Below, one piece after another: positions 52,363 through 55,880 of a stretch of 55,880 bases of DNA. Under the pieces are notes generated by a model, which did not search any database, had not been told where the DNA came from, and was given only the letters and a program-made list of their open reading frames with translations. This stretch comes from an uncultured Candidatus Saccharibacteria bacterium (GTDB lineage: Bacteria > Patescibacteriota > Minisyncoccia > Phycocordibacterales > DSPV01), in assembly GCA_964616075.1 (NCBI GenBank), contig CAZTRA010000002.1, forward strand, positions 40,473 through 96,352, given 5' to 3'. The position numbers and the translations under genes were made by a program. Numbering within the stretch: position 1 is the stretch's first letter; every line of letters starts with the position of its first letter.

Positions 52363-52854
52363 ATGGCTATTACGCGAAAACAAAAGGAAGTCATTCGCGA
52401 GGGGATTGAGCAGGCTATCGTGGGAAGTAAGGCGGTTGTATTCGCCGGATTTTCCGGTGTTACGGTTGCTGATGCGACTCTTATGCGCAAAACCCTCAAG
52501 GCACAAGGTGTGTCGTATAAGGTGACAAAAAAGAAGCTGCTTGAGAAAGCGCTTGCATCAATAAAGGTGACTGGTGAGGCTCCCAAGCTCGCTGGTCAGA
52601 CCGCAATTGCATATGCGGAAGATCTTGTTGCTCCGGCACGCGAAGTGTTTGCCGCAGGAAAAAAGCTCGATGGCAAAGTAAAAATCCTGGGAGGTATTTT
52701 TGATGGGGTGTATAAAGATGCTGCAGCAATGATGGCAATCGCCACCATTCCACCGACACCGGTACTTCGTGGTATGTTCGTCAACATCATCAATTCACCT
52801 ATTCAGCGATTTGTTATTGCGCTCGATCAGATTGCTAAAACAAAATCAGTATAA
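52363..52854 (+). CDS. rplJ: 50S ribosomal protein L10.
   Basis: MAITRKQKEVI...AVVFAGFSGVTVADATLMRKTLKAQGVSYKVTKKKL. The start is ATG 52363 within track ORF 52294. Confidence 0.9.
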   Translation: MAITRKQKEVIREGIEQAIVGSKAVVFAGFSGVTVADATLMRKTLKAQGVSYKVTKKKLLEKALASIKVTGEAPKLAGQTAIAYAEDLVAPAREVFAAGKKLDGKVKILGGIFDGVYKDAAAMMAIATIPPTPVLRGMFVNIINSPIQRFVIALDQIAKTKSV

Positions 52855-52896
52855 GGTAAGTGTGTTCCATTTATTCTATTACATAACGATATTACA

Positions 52897-53310
52897 ATGA
52901 CTGAAGAAGTAAAACAGGAGGGTGCCACTGTTGTGGTGCCGGCGAAATTTGAAAAGATTGTCGCAGAAATTGAGAAAATGTCAGTGCTCGATTTGAACGA
53001 GTTGGTAAAAGTGTTTGAGGCGAAGTTTGGTGTGTCAGCAGCTGCGGTTGCGGCTGCCCCGGCCGCGGGTGCCGCTGCAGGAGGTGCGGCTGATGGTCCA
53101 TCAACTGTAAGTGTTGAGATTACCGATGCGGGTGCTCAGAAGATTGCTGTTATCAAGGTGGTGAAGGAGGTACTTTCTCTCGGTTTGAAAGAGGCAAAAG
53201 ATCTCGTTGATGCTGTTCCGAAAGTTATCAAGGAAGGTATGAAGAAGGAAGATGCAGATAAGCTCAAGAAGGACCTTGAAGCTGCAGGTGCAAAAGTGTC
53301 GTACAAATAA
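52897..53310 (+). CDS. rplL: 50S ribosomal protein L7/L12.
   Basis: An Ala-rich hinge ([18 protein letters not shown]) and the C-terminal domain [23 protein letters not shown]...[11 protein letters not shown]. Confidence 0.95.
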   Translation: MTEEVKQEGATVVVPAKFEKIVAEIEKMSVLDLNELVKVFEAKFGVSAAAVAAAPAAGAAAGGAADGPSTVSVEITDAGAQKIAVIKVVKEVLSLGLKEAKDLVDAVPKVIKEGMKKEDADKLKKDLEAAGAKVSYK

Positions 53311-53333
53311 ATTTTTTGGTTCGAATGCAAAAG

Positions 53334-53361
53334 AAAAAGTCGCCTTGATTGGCGACTTTTT
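53334..53361. terminator. Rho-independent terminator after rplL.
   Basis: AAAAAGTCGCC-TTGATT-GGCGACTTTTT. Confidence 0.85.
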
Positions 53362-53462
53362 CTTTATTGATTTTTATAGCGGGCAAATGAAGTAGAAATG
53401 CGTCAATATAAGAAATATGAAATAACCTGTTAGAATAGCGCCATCAAAAATATACTGAACAC

Positions 53463-54077
53463 ATGGAAACACTTGGAAAATTATTTGGTGGTACGGCAAA
53501 GGTGAAGATTATGAGATTGTTTCTTTTCCATGCCAGTATGGCTTTTGATATCAATGATGTGGCCCGTCGTTCGGCAGTGTCGATTGACGAGGTACGACGA
53601 GATATTAAATTATTTGAACAGGCGGGATTTGTTCAGAAAAAGGCGTTTGTAAAAGAAGATGTTGTTGGCGGGGTTGTTCGTCGTACACGGTGTCAGGGAT
53701 GGGAACTCAATCCAGTATTTCCATACCTGACTGATTTGCGAGCGCTTTTGGTACACAGTGTTTTTTTTACCGATAATCAGATTATTAAAAAGCTTGCGCG
53801 GGCTGGGACGCTTAAGTTTGTTGCTGTTGCTGGAGTATTTATTCAAAATTCTGAGTCACGAGTCGATCTATTTCTTGTTGGTGACAAATTAAAGGAACGA
53901 GTGATAGAAAATGTCGTCACATCCCTTGAGGCCGAGATAGGCAAAGAACTTCGATATGCAATTTTAGAAACAGATGATTTTAAATATCGTCTTGGTGTGT
54001 TTGATAAATTAGTACGTGATGTACTTGATTATCCTCATCGGAAAATTTTGGACCGTATTGGTATAAAAGAATATTAG
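53463..54077 (+). CDS. Hypothetical protein with an N-terminal winged-helix (ArsR-like) domain.
   Basis: KIMRLFLFHASMAFDINDVARRSAVSIDEVRRDIKLFEQAGFVQKK fits an HTH plus wing. TGTTAGAAT at 53428..53436 and TATACT at 53451..53456 are upstream. Confidence 0.6.
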   Translation: METLGKLFGGTAKVKIMRLFLFHASMAFDINDVARRSAVSIDEVRRDIKLFEQAGFVQKKAFVKEDVVGGVVRRTRCQGWELNPVFPYLTDLRALLVHSVFFTDNQIIKKLARAGTLKFVAVAGVFIQNSESRVDLFLVGDKLKERVIENVVTSLEAEIGKELRYAILETDDFKYRLGVFDKLVRDVLDYPHRKILDRIGIKEY

Positions 54078-54135
54078 TGTAAGTGTTATACTATATTAGT
54101 ATCGTTTTAGTCGCATAGTAAATTTTATATTTTAT

Positions 54136-54831
54136 ATGGAAGGTATAACTGTAACGTTGTTGGGAGGCGCGGTACAAGGGGCCTACCAATCGATTATAAC
54201 CGGATTGGTCACGGTGTTGCCGAAGCTCATTGTTGCCGGCGTGTTGCTTGTTTTTGGGTGGGTGTTTGCATCTCTTGTTGAGCGTTTGATAGCACAAGTT
54301 GTGCGTGCTGTTAAAATTGATCGGGCGCTTGCGGCAGTGAAAGCCGATGAACTCCTTGCTCGTGGTGGTTTTCGCCTTGACGCGGGAGCATTTCTTGGTG
54401 CATTGGTGAAGTGGCTTATTATTGTTATTTTTCTTGTGTCGTCTCTCTCGTTGGTAGGTCTCAACGAGGTAACTGGATTTCTCGCGCAGGTTGCCAATGA
54501 ATTTTTGCCCAACGCGATTAGTGCGGTGTTGATTATTTTGGTCGCAGCACTTATTTCTGAAGCAGTGCAGCGGGCAATTGTAGGGACGGCGAAAGCCGCA
54601 GGAGTGAAGGCGGCTAATTTGCTCGGTACCGTTGCGAAGTGGGCTATTTGGATCTTCGCCTTTATTGCGGCATTGTATGAGTTGGGTATTGCCGCAGAAA
54701 TTGTACAAGCTTTGTTCCAAGGGATTATTATTGCGCTCGCACTAGGGGTAGGACTTTCATTTGGTCTTGGAGGACAAGAGGCGGCAGCTCGGTATATAGA
54801 AAAGATTCGGGGTGAAATTAAAAAGGATTAG
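54136..54831 (+). CDS. Membrane protein with repeated 'conserved TM helix' units (the type found N-terminal to MscS-like channels).
   Basis: Four to five TM helices alternate with amphipathic linkers (LVERLIAQVVRAVKID, ISEAVQRAIVGTAKAAG). Preferred over the antisense ORF 54091..54720. Confidence 0.6.
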   Translation: MEGITVTLLGGAVQGAYQSIITGLVTVLPKLIVAGVLLVFGWVFASLVERLIAQVVRAVKIDRALAAVKADELLARGGFRLDAGAFLGALVKWLIIVIFLVSSLSLVGLNEVTGFLAQVANEFLPNAISAVLIILVAALISEAVQRAIVGTAKAAGVKAANLLGTVAKWAIWIFAFIAALYELGIAAEIVQALFQGIIIALALGVGLSFGLGGQEAAARYIEKIRGEIKKD

Positions 54832-54846
54832 TTTAAATTGTTTCTG

Positions 54847-54885
54847 AAAAAAAACGATCCTTACTTTAGGTAAGGATCGTTTTTT
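54847..54885. terminator. Bidirectional-shape terminator.
   Basis: An A-run, ACGATCCTTAC-loop-GTAAGGATCGT, then a T5 run. Confidence 0.85.
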
Positions 54886-54937
54886 ATGTGATTTGGTATA
54901 CTTTATGTTGCTTGTATATGTTTTGTAATACAAGGAT

Positions 54938-54965
54938 TTGACAGGAAAAAGCCTATGCGTATACT
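54938..54965 (+). promoter_or_regulatory. rRNA promoter.
   Basis: TTGACA (54938..54943), a 16-nt spacer, then TATACT (54960..54965), ~380 nt upstream of the 23S 5' end. Confidence 0.6.
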
Positions 54966-55040
54966 GGAGAACACCCTATATGTTGCATTACCCTAATCTC
55001 ACGGAGCTAATACGATAAGCGCATCCGCGTGATTCGTGCT

Positions 55041-55108
55041 CGCTCCGGTAACGGAGCGGTTTTTTGTGAGAAGGGGGGTACGGTTGAATACTGACACTTT
55101 GAAAAAAG
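55041..55108 (+). promoter_or_regulatory. rRNA leader elements: a boxB-like hairpin with a GNRA loop and T-run, then a boxA-like CACTTTGAAAAAAG.
   Basis: CGCTCCG-GTAA-CGGAGCG followed by G and T6 (55041..55065). CACTTTGAAAAAAG (55095..55108) resembles the antitermination boxA consensus (TTCTTTGAAAA type). Confidence 0.5.
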
Positions 55109-55344
55109 ACTCAGGTAGCATAAGCCGAAAGCTTGTCTCCCAAACACTTCCGAGAGGATCGTGGAGTCCATGCCAACGCGTAATATTCCATTGTCAGTAT
55201 ACGAATGGGGTCTTGTTGCGTAGTTGGAACAATGAAGAATGCAGGAATTCGGCACACGCAAAGCAATGTGTGTGACGAATCAAAACAAATTGAGAACGTT
55301 CCCACCTTTGTAGAGTGGGACGTGGTTACCATGTTTCCTAATAG

Positions 55345-55616
55345 GAAACATGAAGGGCGTATGGTGGATGCCTTGGTTCAAAAAGGCGATGAAGGACGTG
55401 GCATGGCTGCGATAAGCTTCGGGGAGGTGCCTAGCAACCGTTAATCCGAAGATGTCCGAATGGGGAAACCCTATCTGTAGTGATATAGATAATCTCGCGC
55501 GCAAGCGTTGAGGAGCACACCCGGGGAACTAAAACATTTCAGTACCCGGAGGAAAAGAGAACAATAGTTATTCCCTTAGTAGCGGCGAGCGAAAAGGGAG
55601 GAGCCCAAACTCAGCC
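55345..55616 (+). rRNA. 23S rRNA, 5' ~270 nt only. Similarity to 23S stops near 55616.
   Basis: AAGGGCGTATGGTGGATGCCTTGG, GGCGATGAAGGACGTGG, TCCGAATGGGGAAACCC, CCGGGGAACTAAAACAT, AGTACCCGGAGGAAAAGA and TAGTAGCGGCGAGCGAAAAGGGAGGAGCCCAAAC match universally conserved domain I segments, in order. The expected continuation (GGTTGTAGGAC-type helix) is absent. Confidence 0.85.
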
Positions 55617-55711
55617 ACATAGATAGCGTCTAGCTTATAGCGACTAGCGTCTAGTTAAATGCAGCAATGTATTTTTCTAAACGCTTAACGCTAACCGCTA
55701 TACGCTAGCGT

Positions 55712-55880
55712 TTACCCGACCAATGCAATCACCATACCGATAAGCGCGCAGATGACCGATATAATCCAGAAACGCATAGTCACTTTGTAAGAAGACCAAC
55801 CGATAGCTTCAAAATGATGATGAAGTGGCGCAAGCTTAAACAATCTTTTGCCTCCTCGTAATTTTTTTGATAAAAGTTGT
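55712..55880 (-). CDS. mraY: Phospho-N-acetylmuramoyl-pentapeptide transferase, C-terminal 56 codons (gene continues beyond the window).
   Basis: The minus-strand translation is ...[47 protein letters not shown]-stop. The [11 protein letters not shown]....V..RFWII motif is the MraY C-terminal signature. The ORF is absent from the track because it is shorter than 60 aa and open-ended. Confidence 0.85.
   Translation of the reverse strand, partial: QLLSKKLRGGKRLFKLAPLHHHFEAIGWSSYKVTMRFWIISVICALIGMVIALVG

Noticed and set aside
55140-55240. A divergent 5S rRNA in the 23S leader (GTCCATGCCAAC resembles the 5S CCCATGCCGAAC loop).
   Set aside because: I could not build helix I from complementary ends. 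The rest of the 5S consensus (GAAGTGAAAC and the loop E region) is missing, and the position upstream of 23S would be atypical. The resemblance is probably chance.
1-55880. CRISPR arrays, diversity-generating retroelements or retrons, transposases, toxin-antitoxin pairs, and UGA recoding.
   Set aside because: There are no repeat-spacer periodicity, no reverse-transcriptase (YxDD) or transposase-like ORFs, and no obvious small two-gene TA pairs. TGA clearly functions as a stop, for example in the ATGA overlaps at 37050 and 43737..43740 and the stop at 5648, so the standard code applies.

Overview
This is a gene-dense bacterial chromosome segment using the standard genetic code. All three stop codons are used, and several gene pairs overlap by ATGA or TAATG. 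Most of it is housekeeping. It includes queA, folD, secE-nusG-rplK, a thymidylate block (two dcd-like genes, folA, thyA, tmk) next to glyA, and argS, ileS, recO and metG. It also includes a TatD-family hydrolase gene, rpsF-ssb-rpsR, efp, recA, ftsK and rplJ-rplL. There is one tRNA-His(GTG), the first ~270 nt of a 23S rRNA gene, and the 3' end of mraY on the minus strand at the right edge. Accessory content is of three kinds. The first is two surface proteins with peptidoglycan-binding domains, one of 1179 aa behind a ~680-nt leader. The second is an ECF sigma-led envelope cluster with an HlyD adaptor and two MacB-type ABC modules. The third is four dispersed stand-alone orphan genes with their own promoter, 5'UTR hairpin and terminator. 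Several traits fit a Patescibacteria (CPR)-like organism, but this is inference only. There are almost no Shine-Dalgarno sequences, promoters recur as an extended -10 TGTTAnAAT, no L1 gene follows rplK, and no L9 gene follows rpsR. I saw no CRISPR array, transposase, integrase or reverse transcriptase. The items most worth follow-up are: (1) a complete histidine-phosphatase (PGM-like) domain inserted in frame inside IleRS; (2) the 23S gene, which has a proper promoter and boxA leader but stops matching rRNA after ~270 nt, about 100 nt from a convergent mraY; (3) the orphan cassette family, which shares a C-terminal VVP motif and is almost the only place AGGA ribosome-binding sites occur; (4) a membrane HExxH protein fused to a Nudix fold with a degenerate Nudix box; (5) an identical 20-mer (promoter plus MPAR mini-ORF) upstream of both glyA and ileS. 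All family assignments come from reading motifs by eye. No database search was run.
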